NCBI GenBank assembly: GCA_029881655.1
Contig: JAOUME010000001.1
Location: forward strand, 2,351 to 66,350
Direction of reading: 5' to 3'
DNA length: 64,000 nucleotides
Source: Deltaproteobacteria bacterium
Lineage (GTDB): Bacteria; SAR324; XYD2-FULL-50-16
Of the stretch, positions 31,012-41,840 are shown one piece after another. Both the position numbers and the translations under genes were made by a program. Position 1 is the first letter of the stretch. Each line of letters starts with the position of its first letter. A model generated the notes under the pieces. It did not search any database, had not been told where the DNA came from, and saw only the letters and a program-made list of their open reading frames with translations.

Positions 31012-31895
31012 TCTCGAAACCACCTGATTTAAATATTAAAAACATTCTCGAGTACAAAATCGAATATCTAAGATTTATCTGTGCAATCTTCATCCTTATC
31101 GCTCTGATAAGCCAGGGTAATTTTGATCCAACACCGGCTAATCTTTACTGGCCCTCAGATGGAGTTGAAAATTGGTTAAACCTGCCGGGAGCTCTTTTTG
31201 CCGGCGTTTTTTTCGATTACTTCGGTTGGATTTCAATTCTGATTTCTTTTTTAATGCTTTTTACCCAACAGCAAACCAAGATGAACTTTGGGTTCCTGAC
31301 GGTAAAACATCTTTTTGTAGTAATATTCACCTCCATGATGATTGCCTTTTTATTCCCAACCGATAACAGCTTCATAATTCCCCTCACCGGATTTATTGGT
31401 TACATGGCCAATCTGCTTTCAACCAGCACCACTTTAAGGATTATGGGGATTGTAATTTTATCTTTATCCCTGTTCTCGACTCTTAAAAATTACCGTTTCG
31501 ACCCTCTTTTTTTTTATTTGTTGGTCATTTTAGGAGGCTTCGCGCTCAAAACGTCAAAAGAGATGGCGGTCCAATCAGTTCTGCTAATAAAACAAACCGA
31601 TGAGATAACACGAACCTTTTTTTATGACTTAAGTAGAAGTTTTTCCCCAAAAGACCCCAAATCAAATAAAGGCTATCCCTCCAGTGAATCCTTTGTTAAT
31701 CAAAAGTTGGAACCGGCTCAAGTAGTGAAACAAATATTATTTTGGCCCCTTACCCTCTACAGGTCCTCTGCACAAAAAAGAGAGCAGGTCAAATCAGCTA
31801 AATTTAAAAGAAAAGGGTTTGAAAACGAAAGCGGTGACCAAAACTTAATCCAGCAGGCTTTAAAGGAGTACGAAAAAAACAACATCGGTAATTAG
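31008..31895 (+). CDS. Membrane protein with FtsK 4TM-like N-terminal domain and no motor domain
   Basis: FDP......GVENWL..PGA.FA..FF..FG pattern; several TM segments; no Walker A. Confidence 0.6.
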   Translation: MISKPPDLNIKNILEYKIEYLRFICAIFILIALISQGNFDPTPANLYWPSDGVENWLNLPGALFAGVFFDYFGWISILISFLMLFTQQQTKMNFGFLTVKHLFVVIFTSMMIAFLFPTDNSFIIPLTGFIGYMANLLSTSTTLRIMGIVILSLSLFSTLKNYRFDPLFFYLLVILGGFALKTSKEMAVQSVLLIKQTDEITRTFFYDLSRSFSPKDPKSNKGYPSSESFVNQKLEPAQVVKQILFWPLTLYRSSAQKREQVKSAKFKRKGFENESGDQNLIQQALKEYEKNNIGN

Positions 31896-31966
31896 TTGTT
31901 TATTTTGTTTTTTTGATATTTTAATTGACTTTGTTTTTGATAAAAATCGTTTTTTCAATTAAGATG

Positions 31967-31996
31967 TTGACTTATTTAAGTAAATTTAAATACTAT
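31967..31996 (+). promoter_or_regulatory. Putative sigma70 promoter of rho
   Basis: TTGACT-N18-TACTAT, about 205 nt upstream of rho. Confidence 0.45.
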
Positions 31997-32201
31997 AGTG
32001 AAACTTCTAGTTAGATGACAACTCACCTCAATTTCGTCATCTTTTGATATTGCTGCATTTACAAGTCTATAAAATCCCGTTCTGTTTTTGAAAAAGATTT
32101 TATTTCAAAATAAAACAGCATATTAACATTAATCTATATTTAGTACTCCAACCTGCAGCAACTTATATAATCTCAAAGACAACCCCCAAAATATCATTCA
32201 A

Positions 32202-33509
32202 ATGGAAAAAAGAATACAGATGAAAGCTAAAACCGTTCCCAACACTGAGAAAAACAAAGCGGGTTCTCTAATTTTAACCGATATCAAGCGGATGAACATC
32301 AAGGACCTTGAAGAACTTGGAAAAGAGTACAATATCGAAAACGCGACCAGTATGCTCAGGCAAGATCTTATTTTTGCATTGCTTAACGCTCAAACTGCAA
32401 GAGGGGGTGCAATTTTCAGCCAAGGAGTGTTGGAGACACTGCCCGATGGTTTCGGTTTTTTGAGATCCCAGGATTTCAGTTACGTACCTGGCCCGGATGA
32501 TATTTACGTTTCTCCCTCGCAGATCCGCCGTTTTAACCTTAGAACAGGAGACACGATCGAGGGGCAAGTACGGCCACCAAAAGATAATGAAAGATACTAC
32601 GCCTTATTGAAAGTTGAGAAACTCAATTTTGAACAACCCGATCAGGCGAAGGACAAGACCCTTTTTGACAACCTGACGCCTCTTTATCCCAATTGCATGA
32701 TGAAACTTGAGCGCAAGGACAAGGACAAGACTACCCGCATCATTGATATGTTCTGCCCCATTGGCAAGGGCCAAAGAGGATTGATCGTCGCGCCGCCCAG
32801 AGCCGGCAAGACCATGATCCTTCAGACTATCGCCAACAGCCTTACCGAAAACCATCCCGATATTAAGCTAATTGTCTTATTGATCGATGAAAGGCCCGAA
32901 GAAGTAACCGATATGAAGCGATCTGTAAAAGGTGAGGTCATTAGCTCCACATTTGACGAGCCCGCCACAAGACACGTTCAGGTTGCTGAAATGGTTATCG
33001 AAAAAGCAAAAAGACTGGTTGAGCATAAGCAGGATGTTGTTATCCTTTTGGACTCCATAACAAGATTGGCAAGAGCCTATAACACCGTCATCCCGCCCAG
33101 CGGAAAGATCCTTTCTGGTGGAGTTGACGCAAACGCCTTGCACAAGCCCAAACGCTTTTTCGGAGCGGCCAGAAATATCGAGGGTGGCGGGTCCCTGACT
33201 ATTTTGGCGACCGCTCTGATTGAAACCGGCAGTCGGATGGATGAAGTCATTTTCGAAGAATTCAAGGGAACTGGCAACATGGAGTTGATCCTGGATAGAA
33301 AACTGGTGGAAAAAAGAATCTTCCCTTCCATCGAAATCGAAAAATCGGCAACCCGAAAAGAGGAGTTGCTTCTTGATAACCTGAGTGAAGTATGGAAACT
33401 CAGACGGGTTCTTTCGGCTTCTAATAGCCAAGAGTCCTTGGAGTTTTTACTTGACAAACTAACTAAATATCCGACTAATTTAGAACTGTTAAAAATGGTC
33501 AACAATTGA
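32202..33509 (+). CDS. rho: Transcription termination factor Rho
   Basis: [48 protein letters not shown]. Confidence 0.98.
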   Translation: MEKRIQMKAKTVPNTEKNKAGSLILTDIKRMNIKDLEELGKEYNIENATSMLRQDLIFALLNAQTARGGAIFSQGVLETLPDGFGFLRSQDFSYVPGPDDIYVSPSQIRRFNLRTGDTIEGQVRPPKDNERYYALLKVEKLNFEQPDQAKDKTLFDNLTPLYPNCMMKLERKDKDKTTRIIDMFCPIGKGQRGLIVAPPRAGKTMILQTIANSLTENHPDIKLIVLLIDERPEEVTDMKRSVKGEVISSTFDEPATRHVQVAEMVIEKAKRLVEHKQDVVILLDSITRLARAYNTVIPPSGKILSGGVDANALHKPKRFFGAARNIEGGGSLTILATALIETGSRMDEVIFEEFKGTGNMELILDRKLVEKRIFPSIEIEKSATRKEELLLDNLSEVWKLRRVLSASNSQESLEFLLDKLTKYPTNLELLKMVNN

Positions 33510-33557
33510 TCAAGATTTATCATTAATTCTTTGATAACTGCGATTTACAAAAAACAT

Positions 33558-33767
33558 ATGAAAGCTGAAATACATCCACAATACACCGAAACAAAATTTC
33601 ACTGCGCCTGCGGAGCGGATTTTGAAATCGGCTCAACGATGTCTGGAGAAATTAAACTGGAAATCTGTTCTAACTGCCACCCCCTTTTTACAGGAAAAGA
33701 AAAACTGGTCGATACAGAGGGAAGGATTGAAAGATTTAAGAAAAAATATCAAAAGGCAACCCCTTAA
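33558..33767 (+). CDS. rpmE: 50S ribosomal protein L31 (Zn-binding C+ type)
   Basis: MK.EIHP.Y, CACG, CSNCHP.FTG, GRIERF. Confidence 0.96.
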   Translation: MKAEIHPQYTETKFHCACGADFEIGSTMSGEIKLEICSNCHPLFTGKEKLVDTEGRIERFKKKYQKATP

Positions 33768-33856
33768 TTTTTAAGTAGTATTTAAAACAACGAGCCCCTC
33801 CTTTAGACTCCCTGGCATGGCAGTCCGTTAACGGTTTGTCTCAACGATTGAAAATT

Positions 33857-34936
33857 ATGTTGGAAAAGCTGGCGAGTATAGCCGATCGATATCAAGAACT
33901 CACCGATGCCTTGTCCCAACCGCAGGTCACTGAGGACTTAAATCGTTTTCGTGATCTTTCAAGGGAGCAGTCCAAACTTCAACCCCTGGTTGAGCTATTC
34001 GAAGAACTGCGCCAACAGCAAAAAGAACTCGACGAAAATATATTGATATCCAAAGACACAAGCGAAGACCCTGAAATCAGGGATATGGCAAAAGCCGAAA
34101 TTCCAGCGTTAAAGGAGTCCATCTCCCAACTAGAAGAAAACGCGAGAATACTTCTGCTGCCTAAAAATCCGGACGATGAAAAAAGTATTATTCTTGAGAT
34201 CCGAGCTGGTACCGGGGGCGATGAGGCTGCGCTTTTTGTCGCTGATCTCTACCGGATGTATAGTCGCTTTGCGGAACAAAACCGCTGGAAAGTCGAGGTT
34301 ATCGAATCCCACGCTACTGGTATCGGTGGGTTTAAGGAGATTTCGGTCTCCATTGAAGGCAAGGACGTTTACGGTCAACTGAAGTTCGAAGCCGGGACGC
34401 ACCGCGTCCAAAGAGTCCCATCCACTGAGACCCAAGGCAGAGTTCATACCTCGGCTGTAACGGTTGCGGTACTGCCGGAAGCCGACGATATTGAAATAGA
34501 AATCAACCCGGCCGACTTGAGGGTTGATACATACCGTGCTCAGGGAGCTGGTGGCCAGCACGTCAATACCACCGACTCAGCCATTCGCATTACCCATGTC
34601 CCAACGGGAATCGTTGTCTCTTGCCAGGAAGAGCGTTCCCAGCATAAAAATCGATCTAAAGCCCTAAAACATCTCAAAGCGAAACTTTACGAAGTACAAC
34701 TTCAACAAACGATGGACGATGAAGCCAAGCTAAGAAAGAGTATGGTGGGATCGGGGGACAGAAGCGAACGAATCCGCACCTACAATTACCCACAAGGCCG
34801 AATCACCGATCACCGTATCGGGCTGACGGTGTATCGCCTTGAGGAGATTATGGGAACTGGAGAAATCAAAGAGATCGTCGAATCTCTTATCACCAGCCAC
34901 CAAGCCAACCTTCTCAAAACCGCGATTACTCACTAA
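33857..34936 (+). CDS. prfA: Peptide chain release factor 1
   Basis: EIRAGTGGDEA, PST (PxT) recognition motif, GAGGQHVN, RTYNYPQ. Confidence 0.97.
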   Translation: MLEKLASIADRYQELTDALSQPQVTEDLNRFRDLSREQSKLQPLVELFEELRQQQKELDENILISKDTSEDPEIRDMAKAEIPALKESISQLEENARILLLPKNPDDEKSIILEIRAGTGGDEAALFVADLYRMYSRFAEQNRWKVEVIESHATGIGGFKEISVSIEGKDVYGQLKFEAGTHRVQRVPSTETQGRVHTSAVTVAVLPEADDIEIEINPADLRVDTYRAQGAGGQHVNTTDSAIRITHVPTGIVVSCQEERSQHKNRSKALKHLKAKLYEVQLQQTMDDEAKLRKSMVGSGDRSERIRTYNYPQGRITDHRIGLTVYRLEEIMGTGEIKEIVESLITSHQANLLKTAITH

Positions 34937-35021
34937 ACTTGGACAAACCTCGGATTAAATTGCTTTGTTTCCCAAGAAACCTTGCACAAAATAATCAATT
35001 TCAATAAGAAAGGTGCCGTTT

Positions 35022-35774
35022 TTAAGCGGTCAGATAAGACCTCATCAGAGAACGCAACATTGCGATCGCCTTGGTACGGAGTTGAGAAGCCCTGGATTCG
35101 GTTATATCAAGTACTTCACCGATTTCCCTTAAATTAAGCTCCTCGTTGTAGTACAGTGATAGTACCAACTTTTCCTTTTCTGGCAGTTTTTCAATAGCAT
35201 CAATCATCAGTTGATTGGTTTCTTTTTCCACCAAGCTATCGAGCTGACTTGAGTCTTCTTCACAAGCTATCGTTTCTAAAACTTCCATGTGGTCATCACC
35301 GGAAATCTTATTTCCCATCTCTTCCAAAGATAAAAGAGGAATCGGCTTAGCCTTACTTAAAAAGACAGGTAATTCCTTCGGTTTGACCTCCAGCTCCTTG
35401 GCCAGTTGTTGATCGTTTGGATGGTCGATATTCTTTGAACGCAGTTTAGTATAAGCGTTTTCGAGTTTATGGGAATTATCTCTAACCGACCTTGGAATCC
35501 AATCCTTTCGTCTTAAATCATCCAGCATAGCCCCCTTAACCCTAAACTCGGCATAGGTCTTAAACTTAACGCCTTTATTCTCGTCAAATTTATCCATCGC
35601 TTCCAAGAGTCCGATCATCCCTGACTGAATCAGGTCATCCACCTGAAATTCGGAGGGCAGTCTGGCTGCTAGCCGATTGGCGATGAACTTGACCATCGGA
35701 GCGTATTCCAAGACCACATCCTCTTTGCTTGCCTTGGTTTTCTCAAGATAGGGATTATGTTTTAACGCCTGCAT
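35022..35774 (-). CDS. fliA: Flagellar sigma factor sigma28
   Basis: DDLIQSGMIGL, FKTYA..RV.GAMLD.LR..DW.PRS, LYY.EELNL.EIGEVL.ITESR.SQ. Confidence 0.95.
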   Translation of the reverse strand: MQALKHNPYLEKTKASKEDVVLEYAPMVKFIANRLAARLPSEFQVDDLIQSGMIGLLEAMDKFDENKGVKFKTYAEFRVKGAMLDDLRRKDWIPRSVRDNSHKLENAYTKLRSKNIDHPNDQQLAKELEVKPKELPVFLSKAKPIPLLSLEEMGNKISGDDHMEVLETIACEEDSSQLDSLVEKETNQLMIDAIEKLPEKEKLVLSLYYNEELNLREIGEVLDITESRASQLRTKAIAMLRSLMRSYLTA

Positions 35775-35852
35775 GGCTAATTTTAATTAATTATTTCCGG
35801 TAATTAAATTTTAAGAATCTCGCGTTCCGCCAGAATTTCCCTGCTATTATAA

Positions 35853-35868
35853 AGCAAGAGCTATGCCT
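35853..35868 (-). promoter_or_regulatory. Putative sigma54 (-24/-12) promoter of fliA
   Basis: Minus strand AGGCATAGCTCTTGCT (GG-N10-GC), about 80 nt upstream of fliA. Confidence 0.65.
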
Positions 35869-35869
35869 T

Positions 35870-36754
35870 TTAATTTTTTTTCCACTTTGCCAGTTTCTGC
35901 CAAAATCCCCCTTTGAGCCCTTCATCAAAAAAAGGCAATCCAGGATTGGCGTCAATATGTTTGGCAATAAGACCGAAGGCTTTGGTCGTAGCGGAGTTGG
36001 GCATTAAAAGACTTAAGGGCTTCTGATTCTTTACGGCTTTGGTGAAGTTGGGGTCTCTGGGAATAAATCCCATGAAGATCAAATGGATGGGTAGGAATTG
36101 ATTGAAAACGGTGGAGAGTCTCTGGTAAACTTCCTGTGCCTCTTTTAAAGTTGATTGATTAACGATCAGGTTGAATCTTTTTATCTGATATTTGGTGGCC
36201 ATGATTTTCATGAGCGCATAAGCGTCAGTCATGGCGGTCGGTTCCGAGTTGGTAACCACGCAAATCTCATCGGCAGCGGCGTTAAAACGAAGGACACTTG
36301 ATGCGATACCCGCTCCCGTGTCGATCAGGATATAGTCGTATTTTGTTTTAAGCCCGCTTAATTCCTTTAGCATACTCATCTGCTGGTTGGAGTTCAACTC
36401 TGTCATCTCCACCACTCCCGATGACGCGGGGACAATGTGTACCCCCATCGGGCCTTCAACGATAATATCGTTGATATTCTTCTTGCCGGACAAAACATCC
36501 TCGATCGTATAGGCCGGTGTCAGATTTAGCATGATATCGATATTAGCAAGTCCCAGGTCCGCGTCCAACAAAAAGACCTTCTTACCCATGCGGGAAAGTT
36601 GCATCGCCAAATTGACAACAATATTGGTCTTCCCGACTCCGCCTTTGCCGCTCGTAAAACTCAGAGATCTAACACCGTACTGGCCTTGATCGGTCTTGCG
36701 CTCCGAAATAACGTTGAATTTCTCTCTTAACGAGGCAGCTTGGTCCTTTTTCAT
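35870..36754 (-). CDS. flhG: Flagellar number regulator, MinD-like ATPase
   Basis: DQAASLR, SGKGGVGKT, DADLGLAN, IDTGAG, EPTAMTDAYA. Confidence 0.93.
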   Translation of the reverse strand: MKKDQAASLREKFNVISERKTDQGQYGVRSLSFTSGKGGVGKTNIVVNLAMQLSRMGKKVFLLDADLGLANIDIMLNLTPAYTIEDVLSGKKNINDIIVEGPMGVHIVPASSGVVEMTELNSNQQMSMLKELSGLKTKYDYILIDTGAGIASSVLRFNAAADEICVVTNSEPTAMTDAYALMKIMATKYQIKRFNLIVNQSTLKEAQEVYQRLSTVFNQFLPIHLIFMGFIPRDPNFTKAVKNQKPLSLLMPNSATTKAFGLIAKHIDANPGLPFFDEGLKGGFWQKLAKWKKN

Positions 36755-36887
36755 TGATTTAAAGTTTGATCCTCTTAAAATACGGATAATAGGCTATTAA
36801 AGCAGGAGGCCCAGAGCTGCCACCTGAAATAAGGTCGATCATGACTGCCAATCGGTGATGCTGACGCTTTCATGCTAAAATAATGAA

Positions 36888-38192
36888 TCAACTCGCCTCG
36901 TTCATCTCACCTGAAATGTTCATCAATAAATCGATCAAACGCTCCCTCGTTGCGTCTTCAATATCCTCGGGAACATTCTGACCAGTGGTCAGATATGTCA
37001 ATGGGAGTTTAAAGCGGATAGAATGATTAAAAATACTCCCATAACTCGTAGACTCATCCAGCTTGGTAAAAAGAATCCCTCCAAGTTTAAAGGTACTGAA
37101 ACGTTTTGTGATCTCGACCAGGTCACTATCCTTGGTCGTGGAGCTTAAGACCAATAGGTTGGTGAAATCATCAAAATTCTTTATAAGTTTTCTCAGGTCA
37201 GCCATCTGCGTTTCATCTCGCTGGGAGCGGCCCGCGCTGTCGATCAGAATCAGGTCCATGTCCTTAAAGCCCTCTAATGCGTCAACCAATTGCTTCTGGT
37301 CGTTAACGACTCTAAAGGGTACCTTAATAATCCTCGCGTATTCCTGAAGTTGCTGCACTGCGGCGATCCTATAGGTATCAATAGTGATCAGCCCTATTTT
37401 TAAATCAGGATTTCCGATTTTTTCCTTACTGGCGATCTTAGCCAAACTGGTTGTTTTCCCGACACCGGTCGGTCCCAAAAAAGTCAAAATACGGGGCTTG
37501 TTCTTTTTTGTTTTTTTAGTTGGTTGATCATCTATTTGAAGCACCTGCATGAACATTCTTGCCACATAGACCTTCACATATGAAAAATTGTTCAATTCCT
37601 TTCGGGGTATCTTCTTGTTAACTTCCTCAATCAGCCTTTTAGCGAACTTATCTTCCACACCATTAAAACACAGCTGTTGGTACAAAGCGACCAGGTTCTC
37701 GTGCATGTCGTCTTGTTTCAACTCTCCCGACTGGTGGATCAAGGCGTTGATCATATTTTTGAGTTCCGAGACCTCATAGCGCAGATGAGAGACAGTCGCC
37801 TCGTCATTGACTTCTCGTCTCTGGTTTTTGCTTATATCCGAAACCAGTTCCTTGAGATCCAAGATATCCCCTTGGATATTTTCTAGTGATTTCTTTTCGA
37901 CGACCCCAGTTGGCTTATTTCTTATTTCAGGTGCTTTCATGGCGATCTGGTCTAGGTAATCTTTATCAGACTTGTCATCCTGAGTGATTTTGGCCAGGGT
38001 ATTTTTACTTGAGATATAAGTTTCGTCTCTTGCCGCGGTTACCTCCAAAACAAATTTACCAAACATCCCGAAAGTACCGCTGCCTTTTCTGACTTTTCTG
38101 GTGGAAATAATTACCGCTCCTGAGCCTAACTCTTCCTTGATCATCCGGATTGCGTGCTGCATATCATCAGCGTAATATTTTTTCACTTGCAT
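36888..38192 (-). CDS. flhF: Flagellar biosynthesis GTPase
   Basis: IKEELG..AVIIST, GPTGVGKTT, DTYRIAA, DSAGRS, TKLDE, GQNVPEDI. Confidence 0.95.
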   Translation of the reverse strand: MQVKKYYADDMQHAIRMIKEELGSGAVIISTRKVRKGSGTFGMFGKFVLEVTAARDETYISSKNTLAKITQDDKSDKDYLDQIAMKAPEIRNKPTGVVEKKSLENIQGDILDLKELVSDISKNQRREVNDEATVSHLRYEVSELKNMINALIHQSGELKQDDMHENLVALYQQLCFNGVEDKFAKRLIEEVNKKIPRKELNNFSYVKVYVARMFMQVLQIDDQPTKKTKKNKPRILTFLGPTGVGKTTSLAKIASKEKIGNPDLKIGLITIDTYRIAAVQQLQEYARIIKVPFRVVNDQKQLVDALEGFKDMDLILIDSAGRSQRDETQMADLRKLIKNFDDFTNLLVLSSTTKDSDLVEITKRFSTFKLGGILFTKLDESTSYGSIFNHSIRFKLPLTYLTTGQNVPEDIEDATRERLIDLLMNISGEMNEAS

Positions 38193-38593
38193 TGTATTGA
38201 TTTCATTTTAAATGAAAAAGTATTCTCCCCACTATCTGTGGAAAGCAGACCGTGAAATTTATCGGACTTTAAGATCAAATCCAATAAGAGATGTATAAGG
38301 AATATTCATGCCATAAAAACATTTAGGCTGCATCAAAGGGACTCTTTTATGAATTAAATAAATTCTTCTAATTTACTCGATTAGGTTTCATTTTTGTTTG
38401 GAAGTCAAAGAGATTTTTATTTAGGTGGTTTGATTCACTTTCAGCAAAGACATCTACCTGAAACAGAAATGGTTTACTCAGTAAAAACCCATGAAAGTAA
38501 AGCACTTAATGCCTTTACAACACCATTAAAAACAACATAACCAATAAGTAGAGACTTTCGCCTTTTTTAAACCCGAAGCCAATCTTTCATTTA

Positions 38594-40153
38594 ATGAGTC
38601 AAGTTAATTCACACCACAAGACAAATCTCTTTAAATCAATCGGAACCATAAGCTTGCTGACTTTTTTCAGCAGATTGTTGGGATTGGTAAGAGAAATCGT
38701 CAAGGCTCATTATCTCGGAACCAGCTTTTACAGCGATGCCTTTACCCTGGCTTTCAGTTTGCCGAACCTTTTCCGTAGACTCACTGCAGAAGGTGTCATG
38801 TCGAACGCCTTCATCCCTGTATTCTGTCAAATCAAAGAAGAAAATGGCAACTCAAGAGCCCTGGACTTCGCAAAAAATTTTTTCTGGTTCTCTAGCTTAA
38901 TCCTGCTCTTTTTTACGTTGATTTTTATTTTTTTGGCCCCTTGGCTGGTTAGATATATTTTCGCGTCTGGCTTTAGCGAATCAACACTCGAAATAACGGT
39001 TTTTCTGACCCAGTTGATGTTTTTTTATATAGTTTTCATTTCCTTGGCGGCGGTTTGCCAGGGAGTTTTAAATTCCTTTTCTTCATTTTGGGTTTCCGCT
39101 TTTGCGCCAGTACTTTTAAACCTCTGTATCGTCGGTTTTGCGGTATATTACTCACCTCGCCTTGAAAACCCTGCCACCGGATTTGCCATTGGAGTTCTCG
39201 TTGGGGGTTTTTTCCAACTCATATTCCAAATCCCTTTTTTAAAGAGATTTGGTTTCAATTTTTTTAAAAACCTACACCTTAGGGACCCTTATATAAAAAA
39301 TGTTCTCTTGCTCATGCTACCGGCTATTTTTGGTGTTGGGATCTATCAGGTCAATATCATCATCAGCAACTTGATAGCCACCACCTTAAAGGAAGGCTCG
39401 CTTTCTTCTCTTACCTTCAGCAACCGTTTGATGGAATTATTCATCGGCGTGATCGTCGTTTCTATTGCCACGGCATTATTGCCCCGATTTTCAAGTCTGG
39501 TCGCTCAAAACAAGACCGAGGAGGTAAAATCAAATCTGGCTGAATCGCTCAGCATCCTTGCATTCATTACCCTGCCTGTGATCATCGGCACCCTTATGAT
39601 CAGTGAAGAAGTGGTAACTTTATTGTTCCAGCGGGGTAATTTTGACGAAAATTCGATGATTATGACAGCTGGCGCTTTACGATATCATATAATTGGTTTA
39701 TTTTTTATTGCATGGAATCGGATATTGTTGACGGGGTACCAATCAGCCCAAAATATCAGAATAACCGTCCTAATTTCGTTTGTCGTCGTGTTCGTCAACC
39801 TAGTCTGTGCTTTCGTGTTAGCCGAGTATATGGGACATCTAGGAATCGCTTTCGCGAATTCAATTAGTCAAGTTGTACAAACCATTTTACTTTTCGTTTT
39901 TTTGAGAACCATCAAAATAAGAGGTTTTTACCGCATTCTGTTCAGGCTGAATTTTTTTAAGATCCTTTTAAATAGTTCCTTGACCTTTATACTGTTATGG
40001 TATCTAAAACACCTGATCACGCCTGCGGATTATCCCTACTGGATGGTTTTGTTGATCCTGTTTTTTGGGGGAAGTCTTTTTTATTTGAGTTTATCCATTA
40101 TTTCCAAAACTAAGGAACTGGTCGATCTGAAAAATATCATAAGCCGGGCATAA
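38594..40153 (+). CDS. murJ: Lipid II flippase
   Basis: SRLLGLVRE, DAF, LPNLFRRLTAEG, AFIPVF, NRLMEL, LFQRGNF. Confidence 0.94.
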   Translation: MSQVNSHHKTNLFKSIGTISLLTFFSRLLGLVREIVKAHYLGTSFYSDAFTLAFSLPNLFRRLTAEGVMSNAFIPVFCQIKEENGNSRALDFAKNFFWFSSLILLFFTLIFIFLAPWLVRYIFASGFSESTLEITVFLTQLMFFYIVFISLAAVCQGVLNSFSSFWVSAFAPVLLNLCIVGFAVYYSPRLENPATGFAIGVLVGGFFQLIFQIPFLKRFGFNFFKNLHLRDPYIKNVLLLMLPAIFGVGIYQVNIIISNLIATTLKEGSLSSLTFSNRLMELFIGVIVVSIATALLPRFSSLVAQNKTEEVKSNLAESLSILAFITLPVIIGTLMISEEVVTLLFQRGNFDENSMIMTAGALRYHIIGLFFIAWNRILLTGYQSAQNIRITVLISFVVVFVNLVCAFVLAEYMGHLGIAFANSISQVVQTILLFVFLRTIKIRGFYRILFRLNFFKILLNSSLTFILLWYLKHLITPADYPYWMVLLILFFGGSLFYLSLSIISKTKELVDLKNIISRA

Positions 40154-40356
40154 GGAGTCGTCTGTCATTTTTTTTATCATATAAGGTATAATTGACATCG
40201 AATTGTAACAATAAACAATCGATACAATTCGCTCCCTCGTGGGAGGCCTGAAATATAAGGAGCTTATCTAATAATGATTTTTAATGTTCATTTGAATTAA
40301 CTGTTAAGTGTAACTAATCGGATTTTATTAACTTCAATCAGTCATCGGGTTGTTCA

Positions 40357-40980
40357 ATGAGAAAGATAATTAATTTAGAACGTTTTATTAAAAACAAAAC
40401 GATCCGCGAATGGTTAGAAGCACTCATTTTCGCGGGTATCGTTGCTTTGATTTTTAGGACTTGGCTATATGCTCCTTATAGGGTGCCCACAGGTTCCATG
40501 ATCCACACGATCGAAATTGGCGATCATATTTTCGTCAATAAACATTCCTACGGCTTTATTGTTCCCTTCACCGATTATAAATTATTTCCGAAGGAGGTCC
40601 ATAGAAAAGATATCGTTGTTTTCCCTTACCCTGAGGACCCATCCATTGATTTTATCAAAAGAGTGATCGCCATCGGAGGCGACGAAGTCGAAATCATCGG
40701 CGAAAAAGTCTATATCAACGGTAATCAAGAAATAGAACCCTACCTTTATTATGACAAGCGTTTCGCACCGGTACCAGGCAACAGAAAATTTAAAGTTCCC
40801 GATGGCAACCTGTGGGTGATGGGCGATAATCGCAGGAACTCCAAAGATAGCCGTTATTGGGGTTTTGTCGAGGAAAAGATGGTGCAAGGCAAGGGCATGA
40901 TCATTTACTGGTCCCACGACCCTTCAAGTAGTATTTTTGGTGGCTACAAACTCGAAAGAATCGCAAAGAGTCTTGATTAA
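40357..40980 (+). CDS. lepB: Signal peptidase I
   Basis: PTGSM, FIKRVI, MGDNRRNSKDSRYWG. Confidence 0.95.
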   Translation: MRKIINLERFIKNKTIREWLEALIFAGIVALIFRTWLYAPYRVPTGSMIHTIEIGDHIFVNKHSYGFIVPFTDYKLFPKEVHRKDIVVFPYPEDPSIDFIKRVIAIGGDEVEIIGEKVYINGNQEIEPYLYYDKRFAPVPGNRKFKVPDGNLWVMGDNRRNSKDSRYWGFVEEKMVQGKGMIIYWSHDPSSSIFGGYKLERIAKSLD

Positions 40981-41120
40981 GAGATCAAGAGCAAGACCCA
41001 AGCTCAGGAAAGCAGTTATTATTCGATTTGAAAACTTCATGGGATAAACACGAGAAGGGCTGAATCATGCATTTATAAAACTTGGTTAATCCCCTTCTTT
41101 AAACCAGATAGGTTTAGACA

Positions 41121-41840
41121 ATGCCTAACAGCTTAAGCGCAAAAAGATTATTCCTGCTGATTTTATTCTTGATTTCTTGCGGATACACATCAAATGTAAT
41201 TGCCCAGCAAAACATTTTCAGCGATTATACCGTTAAACAGCTCAGTAGCGGTATGTCCAATTATGGCTATATCCAATCGGTCTATTACCAATATACCGGC
41301 AACCCCATCTTTGAGGCCAGCAACCCTCCCAAAGGGGTGTTTTCCAATATGAACTGGCTGAATATCCATGAGGTCAACCTCTATCTTCCAAAAGGATTCG
41401 GCTATGGTTTCGAATACATGCGATTTTACTCGTCCTCTCAGTCAACCTATCTTGGGAAGGATAATGTCATCGGACCGGATATCAATATGCAGGTCGATTT
41501 TTGGAGTTTCACTGTCAGAGGTTTCTTCCAAAGTCCCATGAAAGAACCCCTTCAACCATATTTCGGCGCGGGTTGGGGCGTCATGTCAGGAGTATTCGAT
41601 ACCATCAAGGTAGATGGTTCTGAACACCAAAACCGCTTTCAAGGGCTCATTAATTACCGATCGATCGGAACTCAGCTTATGTTTAGCGAAATCGTGGGCA
41701 TTTCTGTTGAAATCAGAAGTCTGACGAGTAACAAGGTCCGAGTTTCTGGTGATCCTTTTGGTGTTGCCGAAATAGATAGCGATCTCTTTTTGGATTTCAG
41801 CGGAAGCATGCTGAACCTGTTTGGCTTTATCCGTTTTTAA
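41121..41840 (+). CDS. Putative outer-membrane beta-barrel protein
   Basis: Signal peptide, LQPYFGAGWG strand, C-terminal Phe (GFIRF). Confidence 0.65.
   Translation: MPNSLSAKRLFLLILFLISCGYTSNVIAQQNIFSDYTVKQLSSGMSNYGYIQSVYYQYTGNPIFEASNPPKGVFSNMNWLNIHEVNLYLPKGFGYGFEYMRFYSSSQSTYLGKDNVIGPDINMQVDFWSFTVRGFFQSPMKEPLQPYFGAGWGVMSGVFDTIKVDGSEHQNRFQGLINYRSIGTQLMFSEIVGISVEIRSLTSNKVRVSGDPFGVAEIDSDLFLDFSGSMLNLFGFIRF

Noticed and set aside
36775..36873. 32-codon ORF (MKASASPIGSHDRPY...) on the minus strand filling the flhF-flhG gap
   Set aside because: No clear RBS or recognisable motif; length is compatible with chance.
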